From IMG/VR virus record IMGVR_UViG_2648501149_000023: 48,089 nt of DNA. One strand, 5' to 3'. The notes beneath the pieces are model-generated. The model was not told where the DNA came from and searched no databases. It saw only the letters and a program-made list of their open reading frames with translations. Position 1 is the first letter of the stretch, and every line of letters begins with the position of its first letter. The stretch is from a virus (lineage: Duplodnaviria > Heunggongvirae > Uroviricota > Caudoviricetes). Positions 16,447-27,207 of this stretch are shown piece after piece. The position numbers were made by a program, and so were the translations under genes.

Positions 16447-16770
16447 ATGAAGATGCCAGAAAAACATGACCTGTTAGCCGCCATTCTCGCGGCAAAGGAA
16501 CAAGGCATCGGGGCAATCCTTGCGTTTGCAATGGCGTACCTTCGCGGCAGATATAATGGCGGTGCGTTTACAAAAACAGTAATCGACGCAACGATGTGCG
16601 CCATTATCGCCTGGTTCATTCGTGACCTTCTCGACTTCGCCGGACTAAGTAGCAATCTCGCTTATATAACGAGCGTGTTCATCGGCTACATCGGCACTGA
16701 CTCGATTGGTTCGCTTATCAAACGCTTCGCTGCTAAAAAAGCCGGAGTAGAAGATGGTGGAAATCAATAA
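16447..16770 (+). CDS. S: Holin S (lambda class I holin; dual-start S107/S105 arrangement)
   Basis: [64 protein letters not shown]... matches lambda S, with Met1-Lys2-Met3. Confidence 0.95.
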   Translation: MKMPEKHDLLAAILAAKEQGIGAILAFAMAYLRGRYNGGAFTKTVIDATMCAIIAWFIRDLLDFAGLSSNLAYITSVFIGYIGTDSIGSLIKRFAAKKAGVEDGGNQ

Positions 16771-17230
16771 TCAACGTAAGGCGTTCCTCGATATGCTGGC
16801 GTGGTCAGAGGGAACAGATAACGGACGTCAGAAAACCAGAAATCATGGTTATGACGTCATTGTAGGAGGAGAGCTATTCACTGATTACTCCGATCACCCT
16901 CGCAAACTTGTCACGCTAAACCCAAAACTCAAATCAACAGCAGCCGGGCGCTATCAGCTTCTTTCCCGTTGGTGGGATGCCTATCGTAAGCAGCTTGGCC
17001 TGAAAGACTTCTCTCCGAAAAGCCAGGACACTGTGGCATTGCAGCAGATTAAAGAGCGTGGCGCTTTACCGATGATTGATCGCGGTGATATCCGTCAGGC
17101 TATCGACCGTTGCAGCAATATATGGGCTTCACTTCCGGGCGCTGGTTATGGTCAGTTCGAGCATAAGGCTGACAGTCTGATTGCAAAATTCAAAGAAGCA
17201 GGCGGAACGGTCAGAGAGATTGAGGTATGA
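16754..17230 (+). CDS. R: Endolysin R (lambda-type lytic transglycosylase)
   Basis: [50 protein letters not shown]... matches lambda R. Confidence 0.95.
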   Translation: MVEINNQRKAFLDMLAWSEGTDNGRQKTRNHGYDVIVGGELFTDYSDHPRKLVTLNPKLKSTAAGRYQLLSRWWDAYRKQLGLKDFSPKSQDTVALQQIKERGALPMIDRGDIRQAIDRCSNIWASLPGAGYGQFEHKADSLIAKFKEAGGTVREIEV

Positions 17231-17664
17231 GCAGAGTAACCGCGATTATTTCCGCTCTGGTTATCTGCATCATCGTCTGCCTGTCATGGGCTGTTAATCA
17301 TTACCGTGATAACGCCATCGCCTACAAAGCCCAGCGCGACAAAGCCACATCCATCATCGCTGACATGCAGAAGCGTCAACGTGACGTAGCAGAACTCGAC
17401 GCCAGATACACAAAGGAGCTTGCTGATGCTAACGCGACTATCGAAAGTCTCCGTGCTGATGTTTCTTCTGGTCGTAAGCGCCTGCAAGTCGCCGCCACCT
17501 GTGCAAAGTCAACGACCGGAGCCAGCGGCATGGGCAATGGAGAAACCCCAGGACTTACAGCAGATGCTGAACTCAATTATTACCGTCTCCGAAGTGGAAT
17601 CGACAAGATAACCGCGCAGGTTAACTACCTGCAGGAGTACATCAGGACGCAATGCCTGAAATAA
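17227..17664 (+). CDS. Rz: Rz i-spanin
   Basis: [31 protein letters not shown]... shares the lambda Rz N-terminal transmembrane region, with a diverged periplasmic coiled coil. Confidence 0.85.
   Translation: MSRVTAIISALVICIIVCLSWAVNHYRDNAIAYKAQRDKATSIIADMQKRQRDVAELDARYTKELADANATIESLRADVSSGRKRLQVAATCAKSTTGASGMGNGETPGLTADAELNYYRLRSGIDKITAQVNYLQEYIRTQCLK
17420..17611 (+). CDS. Rz1: Rz1 o-spanin lipoprotein, embedded in the +1 frame of Rz
   Basis: ...[32 protein letters not shown]... has a lipobox (VVSAC) and a Pro-rich mature part, entirely inside Rz in another frame. Confidence 0.75.
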   Translation: MLMLTRLSKVSVLMFLLVVSACKSPPPVQSQRPEPAAWAMEKPQDLQQMLNSIITVSEVESTR

Positions 17665-17695
17665 TTTTTTTGCAAATCACAAAGTCAATTTAATG

Positions 17696-17720
17696 AGCCT
17701 CGCGATGCGGGGCTTTTTTA
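17696..17720 (+). terminator. Intrinsic terminator after the lysis cassette
   Basis: AGCCTCGC-gat-GCGGGGCT hairpin (one G-U pair) followed by TTTTTT. Confidence 0.6.
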
Positions 17721-17862
17721 TGTCCGCAGTAAACGCGCATCTCACGCGCATATTAACGAGAGCCTTTCAGTAAGCGAGCCTGAGAAATGCCGTTATAGGT
17801 GGCGACCTCTCTCGGGCGGCTTTTCTGTGAGACAGGCTCACTTTCTAAAAGGTAAAGACGCT

Positions 17863-18387
17863 ATGAATAATCATTCAGTTATTCCAGCCTTCGACTTCCG
17901 AGAAATGGTGCAAGCCAAAAACGGAGAGGTCGTTACCACATCCAGAAAAATTGCCAAGTACTTCGGCAAGCGACACGGTGATGTTCTCAGGAAAATCGAG
18001 CAGGTTAAGGCTGATTGCTCGCGTGAGTTTAGCCAACGCAATTTTGCGTCGGCTGATTATATCGATGAGCAGGGCAAGGTTCGCCCGATGTACAGCCTGA
18101 CGAAAGATGGCTGGATCATGGTTGTGATGGGGTTCACCGGGAAAGCTGCTGCGGCAATCAAGGAGAGCTATATCGCAGCATTCAACTGGATGGCAGAGCA
18201 ACTGAGCCGCCGCATGGCAATTGGCGAAGAAATGCAGCACCGCTACGCCATCAAAGAAACACGCTCAAAGCTGAAAGGTACGATCGGCAGTCGGTTAATG
18301 AACGAACGGAAGAAAGAGAAGCGTGTCCTGGCTGTCGAGCATGAATACATTTTGCAGGTGACACAGCCTGAACTGCTGATTAATTGA
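17863..18387 (+). CDS. Rha-family phage regulatory protein
   Basis: ATG at 17863; ...TTSRKIAKYFGKRHGDVLRKIEQV...YIDEQGKVRPMYSLTKDGWIMVVMGFTGKAAAAIKESYIAAFNWM... fits the Rha signature (recall). Confidence 0.65.
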   Translation: MNNHSVIPAFDFREMVQAKNGEVVTTSRKIAKYFGKRHGDVLRKIEQVKADCSREFSQRNFASADYIDEQGKVRPMYSLTKDGWIMVVMGFTGKAAAAIKESYIAAFNWMAEQLSRRMAIGEEMQHRYAIKETRSKLKGTIGSRLMNERKKEKRVLAVEHEYILQVTQPELLIN

Positions 18388-18491
18388 AGATGTCATTACA
18401 AAGCCTATCTACGGGTGGGCTTGATAATGGCTTATACCCTACACGGGATAACTTAACTGATATCCCTTTTAACGGATAAACGGAGCCAACA

Positions 18492-18734
18492 ATGGCAGAG
18501 ATTATTCCCATGACTGAAGAACAGAAATTCCAGTTAGAGATTTACAAACTGGTCATGAACCAGAACGCAGCCGCAGAAGAAGCATTTCAGTTCATTGGTA
18601 CTGACGAGTTGAAGCTTGAGCTATTCAAAATTCACTTCCAGTCAGGCGGCGCTAATTCAGATATCACGATCCGCACATTTGAAGCGGTGCGTAAATCGAA
18701 GGAAGTGTTAGACCTGTTCACCACCGGAGCATAA
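18492..18734 (+). CDS. Hypothetical small acidic protein (80 aa)
   Basis: ORF with RBS GGAG; no recognisable motif; lies upstream of the terminase genes. Confidence 0.45.
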   Translation: MAEIIPMTEEQKFQLEIYKLVMNQNAAAEEAFQFIGTDELKLELFKIHFQSGGANSDITIRTFEAVRKSKEVLDLFTTGA

Positions 18735-18813
18735 ACATGGCAACTCAAGGTTTCGACAACCCATCCAAATTCCGCGATGAATGGGATAAGCAAGCAGAAG
18801 GGAAATAATCAAT

Positions 18814-19239
18814 ATGGCGACTGAGAAAAAGAAAGGTGGTCGCCCCTCTGATTATATGCCGGAGGTGGCTAATGACATTTGCGCATTGCTTTCCTCCGGT
18901 GAGAGTCTGCGCAAAGTTTGCGAACGCCCAGGAATGCCGAGCAAAACATCAGTTTTTCGCTGGCTGGCTGAACATCAGGAGTTTCGTGACCAGTACGCGA
19001 AGGCAACAGAGACTCGGGCCGACTCTATTTTCGAAGAGATATTCGAAATTGCTGACGACGTAATCCCTGATGCCGCTGAGGTGGCAAAGGCAAGACTTCG
19101 CGTTGATACCCGCAAATGGGCGCTGGCCAGAATGAATCCCCGTAAGTATGGCGACAAGGTAACTAACGAGCTTGTCGGTAAGGACGGCGGCGCAATTCAG
19201 ATTGAAACATCACCGATGAGCACTCTATTCGGAAAATGA
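18814..19239 (+). CDS. Terminase small subunit
   Basis: 141-aa ORF immediately upstream of and overlapping the large terminase gene; N-terminal HTH-like segment ...SLRKVCERPGMPSKTSVFRWLAEH... Confidence 0.7.
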   Translation: MATEKKKGGRPSDYMPEVANDICALLSSGESLRKVCERPGMPSKTSVFRWLAEHQEFRDQYAKATETRADSIFEEIFEIADDVIPDAAEVAKARLRVDTRKWALARMNPRKYGDKVTNELVGKDGGAIQIETSPMSTLFGK

Positions 19240-20651
19240 CCTCGATTAATCCTATCTTTGAACCGTTCATTGAGGCGCATCGCTACAAAGTCGCCAAAGG
19301 CGGTCGAGGTAGCGGTAAGTCATGGGCAATTGCGAGGCTGCTTGTTGAAGCGGCGCGTCGTCAGCCTGTGCGTATTCTCTGCGCTCGTGAACTGCAAAAC
19401 AGTATCAGCGATTCGGTAATCCGGTTGCTTGAAGATACCATCGAGCGTGAAGGGTATTCGGCTGAGTTTGAAATTCAGCGTTCAATGATTCGTCATCTCG
19501 GAACGAATGCTGAGTTCATGTTCTACGGCATCAAAAACAACCCGACGAAGATTAAATCGCTCGAAGGCATTGATATATGCTGGGTGGAAGAAGCGGAAGC
19601 GGTAACGAAGGAATCATGGGATATCCTGATTCCAACCATCCGTAAGCCGTTCTCTGAAATATGGGTGAGCTTTAACCCGAAGAACATCCTCGACGATACC
19701 TATCAGCGATTCGTCGTAAATCCTCCCGATGATATTTGCCTGCTGACGGTGAACTACACCGACAACCCGCACTTTCCTGAAGTTCTCCGTCTGGAGATGG
19801 AAGAGTGCAAACGCAGAAATCCGACACTGTATCGTCACATCTGGCTTGGTGAGCCGGTAAGCGCAAGTGATATGGCAATCATCAAACGAGAATGGCTTGA
19901 AGCTGCAACCGATGCGCACAAGAAACTCGGATGGAAAGCGAAAGGCGCTGTTGTCTCTGCGCATGACCCATCAGATACAGGGCCAGATGCTAAAGGTTAT
20001 GCATCGCGTCATGGTTCGGTAGTTAAGCGCATTGCCGAAGGTCTGCTGATGGACATCAACGAGGGTGCTGACTGGGCTACTTCGCTGGCGATTGAAGACG
20101 GCGCTGACCATTACCTGTGGGATGGTGATGGTGTTGGTGCAGGTCTACGCAGACAGACAACGGAAGCGTTCTCCGGTAAGAAAATCACCGCCACGATGTT
20201 CAAGGGCAGCGAATCGCCATTCGATGAAGATGCACCATATCAGGCCGGAGCATGGGCTGATGAAGTCGTGCAGGGCGACAACGTTCGCACTATTGGCGAT
20301 GTGTTCCGCAATAAGCGAGCACAATTCTATTACGCGCTGGCTGACAGGCTGTATCTGACATATCGGGCGGTTGTTCACGGTGAGTATGCAGACCCAGACG
20401 ACATGCTGAGTTTCGACAAAGAAGCGATAGGCGAGAAGATGCTGGAGAAGCTGTTTGCAGAACTGACGCAGATTCAGCGCAAATTCAATAACAACGGGAA
20501 GCTGGAGCTTATGACTAAGGTCGAAATGAAGCAGAAGCTCGGTATTCCATCTCCTAACCTGGCTGATGCGTTGATGATGTGTATGCATTGTCCGGAGTCG
20601 GCTGCGCAACCCGACTATTCCAGTTACTCAATTCCTTGTGGTGTAGGTTGA
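19236..20651 (+). CDS. Terminase large subunit
   Basis: 471-aa ORF with Walker A (KVAKGGRGSGKSWA) near the N-terminus and a C-terminal nuclease-type region. Confidence 0.9.
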   Translation: MTSINPIFEPFIEAHRYKVAKGGRGSGKSWAIARLLVEAARRQPVRILCARELQNSISDSVIRLLEDTIEREGYSAEFEIQRSMIRHLGTNAEFMFYGIKNNPTKIKSLEGIDICWVEEAEAVTKESWDILIPTIRKPFSEIWVSFNPKNILDDTYQRFVVNPPDDICLLTVNYTDNPHFPEVLRLEMEECKRRNPTLYRHIWLGEPVSASDMAIIKREWLEAATDAHKKLGWKAKGAVVSAHDPSDTGPDAKGYASRHGSVVKRIAEGLLMDINEGADWATSLAIEDGADHYLWDGDGVGAGLRRQTTEAFSGKKITATMFKGSESPFDEDAPYQAGAWADEVVQGDNVRTIGDVFRNKRAQFYYALADRLYLTYRAVVHGEYADPDDMLSFDKEAIGEKMLEKLFAELTQIQRKFNNNGKLELMTKVEMKQKLGIPSPNLADALMMCMHCPESAAQPDYSSYSIPCGVG

Positions 20652-20652
20652 T

Positions 20653-22851
20653 ATGGCAGAAAAAAAGATGACTGACTGGCATCGCAAGGTGCTGTGCAAC
20701 TTTGATAATGCCTGGTCAGCAACGCAGGATATGCGTGAGCAGATTATTGAGGCTCAACGTTTCGTCCGGGTGTCCGGCGCACAGTGGGAAGGCAGCACAA
20801 ACGCTGGTTACTCATTTGATGAAGGCAGGTTTGAGCATTACCCGCGCTTTGAACTGAATAAGATTGCCCGTGAATGTGATCGCATCATTGGCGAGTATCG
20901 ACAGAATCGCATCAGCGTTAAATTCAGGCCGAAGGATGACAAGGCATCGGAAGCGTTAGCCGAAAAGATGAACGGCAAATTCCGCGCTGATTATCAGGAA
21001 ACATCCGGTGGCGAAGCGTGTGATAACGCATTTGATGATGCTGTAACGGGCGGATTCGGTTGTTTCCGCATGTGTGCTGATTACGAAGATGAAATGGATC
21101 CGAGTAACGAGCAGCGACGCATCAGCCTTCTTCCTGTTTACGACCCGGCGACATGCGTCTTCTTCGATCAGGACAGCAAGCAATATGACCGCTCTGATGC
21201 TATGTGGGCTATGGAAATGTTCTCCATGACGCCTAAAGCGTTCGAGGCTGAATACCCTGATTCCATCGCGGCAAGCCTTTCTCGTGATGACACTGGTACT
21301 CAGTATGACTGGTCAACGCCTGACGCCATCTATGTTGGACGCTACTACGAAGTCCGCATAGAGAAGGTGAAGCTCACAGCATGGCGTAACCCTGTCAGCG
21401 GAGAAACGGCAATCTATGATGAAGAGCAAATCAAAGATATTGTCGACGAGCTGACCGATGGTGCATTCGAACTGATTGGCGAGCGAACGGTGAAGAAACG
21501 CCGAGTTTATTGCGGTCTTCTGTCTGGCGCTGAATGGCTGGAAGAACCGAAGCGTATTCCGGGCGAACATATTCCTCTCATCCCGGTATATGGGCGTCGT
21601 TCATTTGTTGATAATCAGGAGCGAATCGAAGGCCACGCAGCAAAAGCGATGGATGCACAGCGTCTTGAGAACCTGATGGTTTCCATGATTGCAGATAACG
21701 CCACTCAGGCTGGCGGTGATGGCATTCCTATCGTGGATGTTGATTTCATTCCCGGCCCATTAATGAACCACTGGGCAGAGAGGAATAAGAAAAGACCTGC
21801 AGTTCTTCCTATGACCAGCAAGAAGGACAAAAACGGAACGGTCATTTCAGAGGCTCAGGTTGCTGGCTGGACACCTCCGACACAAATGCCTCCAGCTCTT
21901 GCAGGGCTATTGCAGTACACCGGAACGGCTATTCAGCAAATTACAGGTGCGTCGCAGCTTGAGAACATGCCGAGCAACGTCGCTACCGATACCGTTGATA
22001 GCATCTTTAACCGGATGGACACGCAGTCCTATATCTACATGGACAACATGGCTAAATCCATGCGCCGTGCTGGCGTCGTGTGGCTTTCTATGGCTCGTGA
22101 AGTCTATGGCAGCGATACGCCAATGCGCATCGTTAATGAGGATGACAGCGATGACGTGGCGCTGATGACTGGTGAAGTGGTTGACCGTCAGACAGGGCAG
22201 GTTATCGCGCTTAACGACCTTTCGCAGGGTAACTATGAAGTGACTGTCGATGTCGGTCAGTCGTTCGCTACTCGCCGTGATGCAACGGTTAAGTCGTTAC
22301 TTTCCATGCTGGCACTTATCCCGCCAGGAACGCCGAAGCATGACCTTGTATCGTCGATGATTCTCGACAATATGGACGGCGAAGGGATGGACGACCTGAA
22401 AGAATACAACCGCAATCAGTTGCTTCTGTCTGGCGTTATCAAGCCGAGAACGCCTGAAGAACAGCAAATGGTTGAGCAGGCGAAACAACAACAGGCCAGT
22501 CAGCCAGATCCGGCTATGGTTGCAGCGCAAGGTCAGCTTCTGGCTGGTCAGGCTGAATTGCAGAAAGCGCAGAACGAACAGGCAGCCATTCAGGTTAAAG
22601 CATTCCAGGCACAGACTGATGCTCAGGTTGCAGCGGCAAATGTTGTGAAAATCCTCGCATCTGCCGATAGCCAGCAGAAATCTGATATCCGCGAGGCTCT
22701 GAAACTGCTCGGACAGTTCCAGCAACAGCAAGGAGACAATGCCCGTGCTGATGCAGAGCTTGTCCTGAAAAGTCAGGCACAGGGCCATGCGCAGCGCATG
22801 GACATCAGCAGCATCCTGCAAAAATCAACTCAGCAACAACCACAGCAGTAA
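20653..22851 (+). CDS. Portal protein (P22 gp1-like)
   Basis: 732-aa ORF; segments such as ...GEHIPLIPVYG... and a Gln-rich C-terminal barrel ...TPEEQQMVEQAKQQQASQPDPAMVAAQGQLLAGQAELQKAQNEQ... parallel P22 gp1 (recall). Confidence 0.9.
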   Translation: MAEKKMTDWHRKVLCNFDNAWSATQDMREQIIEAQRFVRVSGAQWEGSTNAGYSFDEGRFEHYPRFELNKIARECDRIIGEYRQNRISVKFRPKDDKASEALAEKMNGKFRADYQETSGGEACDNAFDDAVTGGFGCFRMCADYEDEMDPSNEQRRISLLPVYDPATCVFFDQDSKQYDRSDAMWAMEMFSMTPKAFEAEYPDSIAASLSRDDTGTQYDWSTPDAIYVGRYYEVRIEKVKLTAWRNPVSGETAIYDEEQIKDIVDELTDGAFELIGERTVKKRRVYCGLLSGAEWLEEPKRIPGEHIPLIPVYGRRSFVDNQERIEGHAAKAMDAQRLENLMVSMIADNATQAGGDGIPIVDVDFIPGPLMNHWAERNKKRPAVLPMTSKKDKNGTVISEAQVAGWTPPTQMPPALAGLLQYTGTAIQQITGASQLENMPSNVATDTVDSIFNRMDTQSYIYMDNMAKSMRRAGVVWLSMAREVYGSDTPMRIVNEDDSDDVALMTGEVVDRQTGQVIALNDLSQGNYEVTVDVGQSFATRRDATVKSLLSMLALIPPGTPKHDLVSSMILDNMDGEGMDDLKEYNRNQLLLSGVIKPRTPEEQQMVEQAKQQQASQPDPAMVAAQGQLLAGQAELQKAQNEQAAIQVKAFQAQTDAQVAAANVVKILASADSQQKSDIREALKLLGQFQQQQGDNARADAELVLKSQAQGHAQRMDISSILQKSTQQQPQQ

Positions 22852-22941
22852 TTAACCCATAACGTGCAATGGCTGTCTTTATGAGGCCTGGCACCCTATT
22901 GCCTTCCGATGGGCTGAACATCGAGTAAACAGGGGTAACAA

Positions 22942-23835
22942 ATGGACCAGATGGCAGAAAACACACCAGAAGTTGAAATCGAAACCGACGCGTCAGAGCA
23001 GATTCCTGATGATGTCGAACTGGCTGAAGAAGTCGAAACAGCAGATGGCAGTGAGTCCTCAGGAAATGATGCAGAGGAAGCTACTGACACTGATGACGAC
23101 GAATCAGAACAGGAATTCTACTTTGGTGACGAAAAGCTGGATTCGCCAACCAGCGAAGATGGCGCAGAGCATGGACTGGTAAAACACCTGCGCAAGACGA
23201 TTAAAGAGAAAGACCGTGAGCTGAAAGAGCTGATGCGTCAGTCTCAGAAACCCGTCGAGCAGCAGCCGGTAATCACTCAACCACCGCGAATGCCAAAACT
23301 GGATGATGAGGACATCGGTTTCGATGAAGAAATCTATCAGCAACGCATGGCTAAGTGGGCAGAGGATAACGGCAAATACCAGGAGCAAGTACGAGAGCGG
23401 AAACGAGAGGAAGAGGCGCGTACCGCAACGCTTCAGCAGAAAGCAGCCAATTACATGCATAGAGTAAAAGCACTGAAAGTGGCTGGTTACCAGGATGCAG
23501 AGCAGGCTGTACGCGAAGATGTTCCTGTTCACATTCAGGACATGATCCTTCTTGAGTCAGAGAAGCCGGAAATCGTTGTTCTGGCACTCGGTCGCAACGC
23601 TGAACTGCGCAAGCAACTGGCAGAAGCTACCAACTCCGTAGCAATTGGTCGTCTGCTGGAACGTATCGAATCGAAGGCCAGAATCATGCCAAAAGCAAAA
23701 ACCACGGCAGCCACAACCCCGACAGTTAAGGGGAGCAACGGCGCAGTAATCAATAACCTCGACAAATTGAAAGCCAAGGCGCTGGAAACTGGTGACTGGA
23801 CGCCGTATTTCGCCGCTAAAAAGGCAAAAAAATAA
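22942..23835 (+). CDS. Scaffolding protein (P22 gp8-like)
   Basis: 297-aa acidic/helical ORF between the portal and coat genes; C-terminal ...KLKAKALETGDWTPYFAAKKAKK resembles the gp8 coat-binding helix-turn-helix region. Confidence 0.75.
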   Translation: MDQMAENTPEVEIETDASEQIPDDVELAEEVETADGSESSGNDAEEATDTDDDESEQEFYFGDEKLDSPTSEDGAEHGLVKHLRKTIKEKDRELKELMRQSQKPVEQQPVITQPPRMPKLDDEDIGFDEEIYQQRMAKWAEDNGKYQEQVRERKREEEARTATLQQKAANYMHRVKALKVAGYQDAEQAVREDVPVHIQDMILLESEKPEIVVLALGRNAELRKQLAEATNSVAIGRLLERIESKARIMPKAKTTAATTPTVKGSNGAVINNLDKLKAKALETGDWTPYFAAKKAKK

Positions 23836-23853
23836 CCTATCGGAGCATTAAGC

Positions 23854-25107
23854 ATGGCTAACCAATTAGCAAAAGACCTTGAAATCATGTTCGAAAACTA
23901 CGTTGAAGGCTTTGAGGCCGCCTGCGTAGTTTCCCGTAACGCTAAAAAATTCCGTCCCGGTGATACAGCAATGCAGCGAGCAGGTGATGTTCTGTATCGT
24001 CCGCAGCATTACCACATGAATATTGAGGAAGGCCTCGACCTCAGCAGCAAAACGCCAACAGCACTGGTTCAGCGCCTTGTTCCTTCTGTGTTCAAGGAGC
24101 CGAAAAACATTCTGTACACTCTGGATGCGCGTGAAATGCGTGACCCGGAACATAAAACTGAAGCTGGTCGCGCCGCAGGTATGCGCCTTGCTGCACAGAT
24201 TGACTCTGACCTGATTTCCATGGTCACGCAGCGTGCTACTAACGTGATCACAATGGCTGACTCAACCACTGGTTCACAGGGCCGTGATTTGTGGAACTGT
24301 GCGGCAGGTATTGATGCCACCATGACGGCGATTGGTGTACCACAGGGTATCAACCGCCGCTCTTTCTGGAACCCCTTCAACTACAAAGACCTTGCTGGCG
24401 AGCTTGGTCACCGTGCCTATGCTCAGGGCGCAACCCTGACAGCATACGAAAAAGCGCAGATCCCTCCGGTTGCGTCCTTCGATAGCTACAAGACCGATAT
24501 TTCTGGTCGTGTTCCGAAGGGTACAGCAACTTCCCTGACGCTGGCGGCTGAACCTGCGCACAAGGTTGAAGCGAAAGATGCCAACGATATGCCAGTGGAT
24601 AACCGACAGGGGACTATTACGGTATCTGCATCTGGGTTGCAGGTTGGTGATGCGTTCACCATTGCTGGCGTGAATTCTGTACACCAGATCACCAAAGACA
24701 CCACCGGGCAGCCGCAGGTATTCCGCGTTCTGGCAGTAAGCGGAACGACAGTGACTATCTCCCCGAAAATTCTGCCGCCTGACAACGCAGATGTCGCCAG
24801 CCGTCCATATGCAAACGTTGATGCTAACGCGGCAAATGGTGCAGCAATCACCATTCTCAACAAAAATGCCGCACCGGCTAACCTGTTCTGGGCCGATGGT
24901 TCTGTTGAGCTGATGTACGGCAAACTGGCGTTCCCGACTGGTCAGGGTCCACAGGTAATGACAGCAACCACCGAGCAGGGCGCTACGCTGATCATGTCTT
25001 ACGCCTTCGACCACATCAAAGGCGTAACCACTGCTCGTTTCACCACTCTGTACGGTTGCTCTGTACTTGTTCCTGAATATACGGGCATCGTTATTGCCGG
25101 GCAGTAA
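23854..25107 (+). CDS. Major coat protein (P22 gp5-like)
   Basis: 417-aa ORF in the coat position with P22-coat-like segments (e.g. ...NLFWADGSVELMYGK...). Confidence 0.85.
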   Translation: MANQLAKDLEIMFENYVEGFEAACVVSRNAKKFRPGDTAMQRAGDVLYRPQHYHMNIEEGLDLSSKTPTALVQRLVPSVFKEPKNILYTLDAREMRDPEHKTEAGRAAGMRLAAQIDSDLISMVTQRATNVITMADSTTGSQGRDLWNCAAGIDATMTAIGVPQGINRRSFWNPFNYKDLAGELGHRAYAQGATLTAYEKAQIPPVASFDSYKTDISGRVPKGTATSLTLAAEPAHKVEAKDANDMPVDNRQGTITVSASGLQVGDAFTIAGVNSVHQITKDTTGQPQVFRVLAVSGTTVTISPKILPPDNADVASRPYANVDANAANGAAITILNKNAAPANLFWADGSVELMYGKLAFPTGQGPQVMTATTEQGATLIMSYAFDHIKGVTTARFTTLYGCSVLVPEYTGIVIAGQ

Positions 25108-25148
25108 TTTTGGTGGGGCTTCGGCCCCATTTTTATTGGGAGAAGACA

Positions 25149-25337
25149 ATGGCACGAACAATGCTCTATAAGCCTGGAAACATGATCACCTGTGGTCAGT
25201 TTGCTGTCGATTACATCATTGTTGATGACGAAGAAGTTAAATCTCACCTGAAAAAAGGCTGGGTAAAAACCCCTGAAGAAACCGCAACGAAGCAAAAAGT
25301 GGCTAAGGCGGAAGAAGATGGCGAAAACGAAGGGTGA
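25149..25337 (+). CDS. Small hypothetical protein after the coat gene (62 aa)
   Basis: ATG at 25149 preceded by GGGAGAAGA; MARTMLYKPGNMITCGQFAVDYIIVDDEEV... Confidence 0.4.
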   Translation: MARTMLYKPGNMITCGQFAVDYIIVDDEEVKSHLKKGWVKTPEETATKQKVAKAEEDGENEG

Positions 25338-25779
25338 TCTCGTTCTTAAGGCTTTACGAAAAGCCGGGCTGTATTCCAATGCCACGTTGACAGATGCCGA
25401 CCCTCAGGCAATAGAAGATGCCATTAATGACCTCGAAGACATGATGGCAGCATGGCAGGCGAAAGGTATCGAGCTTGGATATCAGTTTGCGGATACAGAA
25501 AACGGCATCATGCCGTTACCTGACGATGATTCAGGTATCCCTGCATGGGCAAATGATGGCGTCGCTTTGAAACTCGCTGTGCAAGTGTGCATGGATAACG
25601 TCATTCAGCCGTCAGACGCTCTCCTTACCGCTGCTGACAGTGCATATCAGACAATCTGTATCGCTTTAACCAAAATACCACCACTTGAGCGACGAAATGA
25701 CATGCCTCGCGGGGCGGGGTTAAAAAGCGCGTTTACGTGGAATCGGTTTTACATCGAGAAAGATGATCCGAGTACGTGA
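25318..25779 (+). CDS. Head-completion / tail accessory factor (P22 gp4-like)
   Basis: MAKTKGDLVLKALRKAGLYSNATLTDADPQAIEDAINDLEDMMAAWQ... parallels the P22 gp4 N-terminus (recall). Confidence 0.75.
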   Translation: MAKTKGDLVLKALRKAGLYSNATLTDADPQAIEDAINDLEDMMAAWQAKGIELGYQFADTENGIMPLPDDDSGIPAWANDGVALKLAVQVCMDNVIQPSDALLTAADSAYQTICIALTKIPPLERRNDMPRGAGLKSAFTWNRFYIEKDDPST

Positions 25780-25788
25780 GGTGAATAA

Positions 25789-27207
25789 ATGCCGATTCAG
25801 CAACTTCCGCTTATGAAAGGTGTCGGCAAAGACTTTCGAAACGCCGACTATATCGACTATCTGCCAGTGAATATGCTGGCTACGCCCAAAGAAATACTCA
25901 ACAGCAGCGGATATCTTCGCTCATTCCCGGGCATTGCCAAACGTTCTGATGTGAATGGTGTATCGCGCGGTGTCGAGTACAACATGGCGCAGAATGCTGT
26001 TTATCGCGTTTGCGGTGGCAAGCTGTACAAAGGAGAAAGTGAAGTCGGTGACATTGACGGAAGTGGTCGTGTATCAATGGCGCATGGTCGGACATCACAG
26101 GCGATAGGCGTTAATGGTCAACTGGTCGAGTATCGCTATGATGGCACGGTTAAAACCGTCTCAAACTGGCCTACAGACAGCGGATTCACACAGTACGAGT
26201 TAGGTTCAGTTCGCGACATTACGCGCTTACGTGGGCGCTATGCGTGGTCAAAAGACGGAACTGATTCATGGTTTATCACTGACCTTGAAGACGAATCGCA
26301 TCCTGACCGCTACAGCGCACAATATCGCGCAGAGTCTCAGCCTGACGGCATCATCGGCATCGGAACATGGCGAGATTTCATCGTCTGCTTTGGTTCATCG
26401 ACGATTGAATATTTCTCCCTGACTGGTGCAACCACCGTTGGTGCCGCTTTGTATGTTGCACAACCATCGCTGATGGTGCAGAAAGGTATTGCCGGAACCT
26501 ACTGTAAAACGCCATTCGCTGATTCCTATGCGTTCATCAGCAATCCGGCAACAGGTGCGCCATCTGTATACATCATCGGATCCGGTCAGGTTTCACTAAT
26601 CGCCAGCGCGAGCATTGAGAAAATTCTCCGCTCCTACACTGCTGATGAACTGGCTGATGGTGTGATGGAATCGCTGCGATTTGATGCTCATGAGTTGCTG
26701 ATTATCCACCTTCCGCGCCATGTTCTCGTGTACGACGCATCTTCAAGCGCCAATGGTCCGCAATGGTGTGTGTTGAAAACTGGCTTGTATGACGATGTGT
26801 ACCGCGCTATCGACTTCATTTACGAAGGCAATCAGATAACGTGCGGCGATAAGCTGGAATCCGTGACCGGGAAATTGCAGTTCGATATCAGCAGCCAGTA
26901 CGACAAGCAGCAGGAACACCTGCTGTTTACTCCGTTGTTCAAAGCGGATAACGCCCGGGTGTTCGACCTTGAGGTTGAATCTTCAACTGGCGTTGCGCAG
27001 TACGCTGACCGCCTGTTCCTCTCTGCAACCACTGACGGCATCAATTACGGGCGTGAGCAGATGATTGAGCAGAATGAACCGTTCGTTTACGACAAACGCG
27101 TTTTGTGGAAGCGTGTCGGGCGCATCAGGAAAAATGTCGGCTTCAAATTGCGCGTTATCACGAAATCACCTGTCACTCTGTCTGGCGCTCAGATAAGGAT
27201 TGAGTAA
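25789..27207 (+). CDS. Tail accessory factor (P22 gp10-like)
   Basis: 472-aa product [49 protein letters not shown]... closely matches P22 gp10 (recall). Confidence 0.9.
   Translation: MPIQQLPLMKGVGKDFRNADYIDYLPVNMLATPKEILNSSGYLRSFPGIAKRSDVNGVSRGVEYNMAQNAVYRVCGGKLYKGESEVGDIDGSGRVSMAHGRTSQAIGVNGQLVEYRYDGTVKTVSNWPTDSGFTQYELGSVRDITRLRGRYAWSKDGTDSWFITDLEDESHPDRYSAQYRAESQPDGIIGIGTWRDFIVCFGSSTIEYFSLTGATTVGAALYVAQPSLMVQKGIAGTYCKTPFADSYAFISNPATGAPSVYIIGSGQVSLIASASIEKILRSYTADELADGVMESLRFDAHELLIIHLPRHVLVYDASSSANGPQWCVLKTGLYDDVYRAIDFIYEGNQITCGDKLESVTGKLQFDISSQYDKQQEHLLFTPLFKADNARVFDLEVESSTGVAQYADRLFLSATTDGINYGREQMIEQNEPFVYDKRVLWKRVGRIRKNVGFKLRVITKSPVTLSGAQIRIE

Noticed and set aside
24274-25161. 295-codon minus-strand ORF antisense to the coat gene
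   Set aside because: Entirely inside the well-supported coat gene; Cys/Arg-rich translation typical of an antisense frame.
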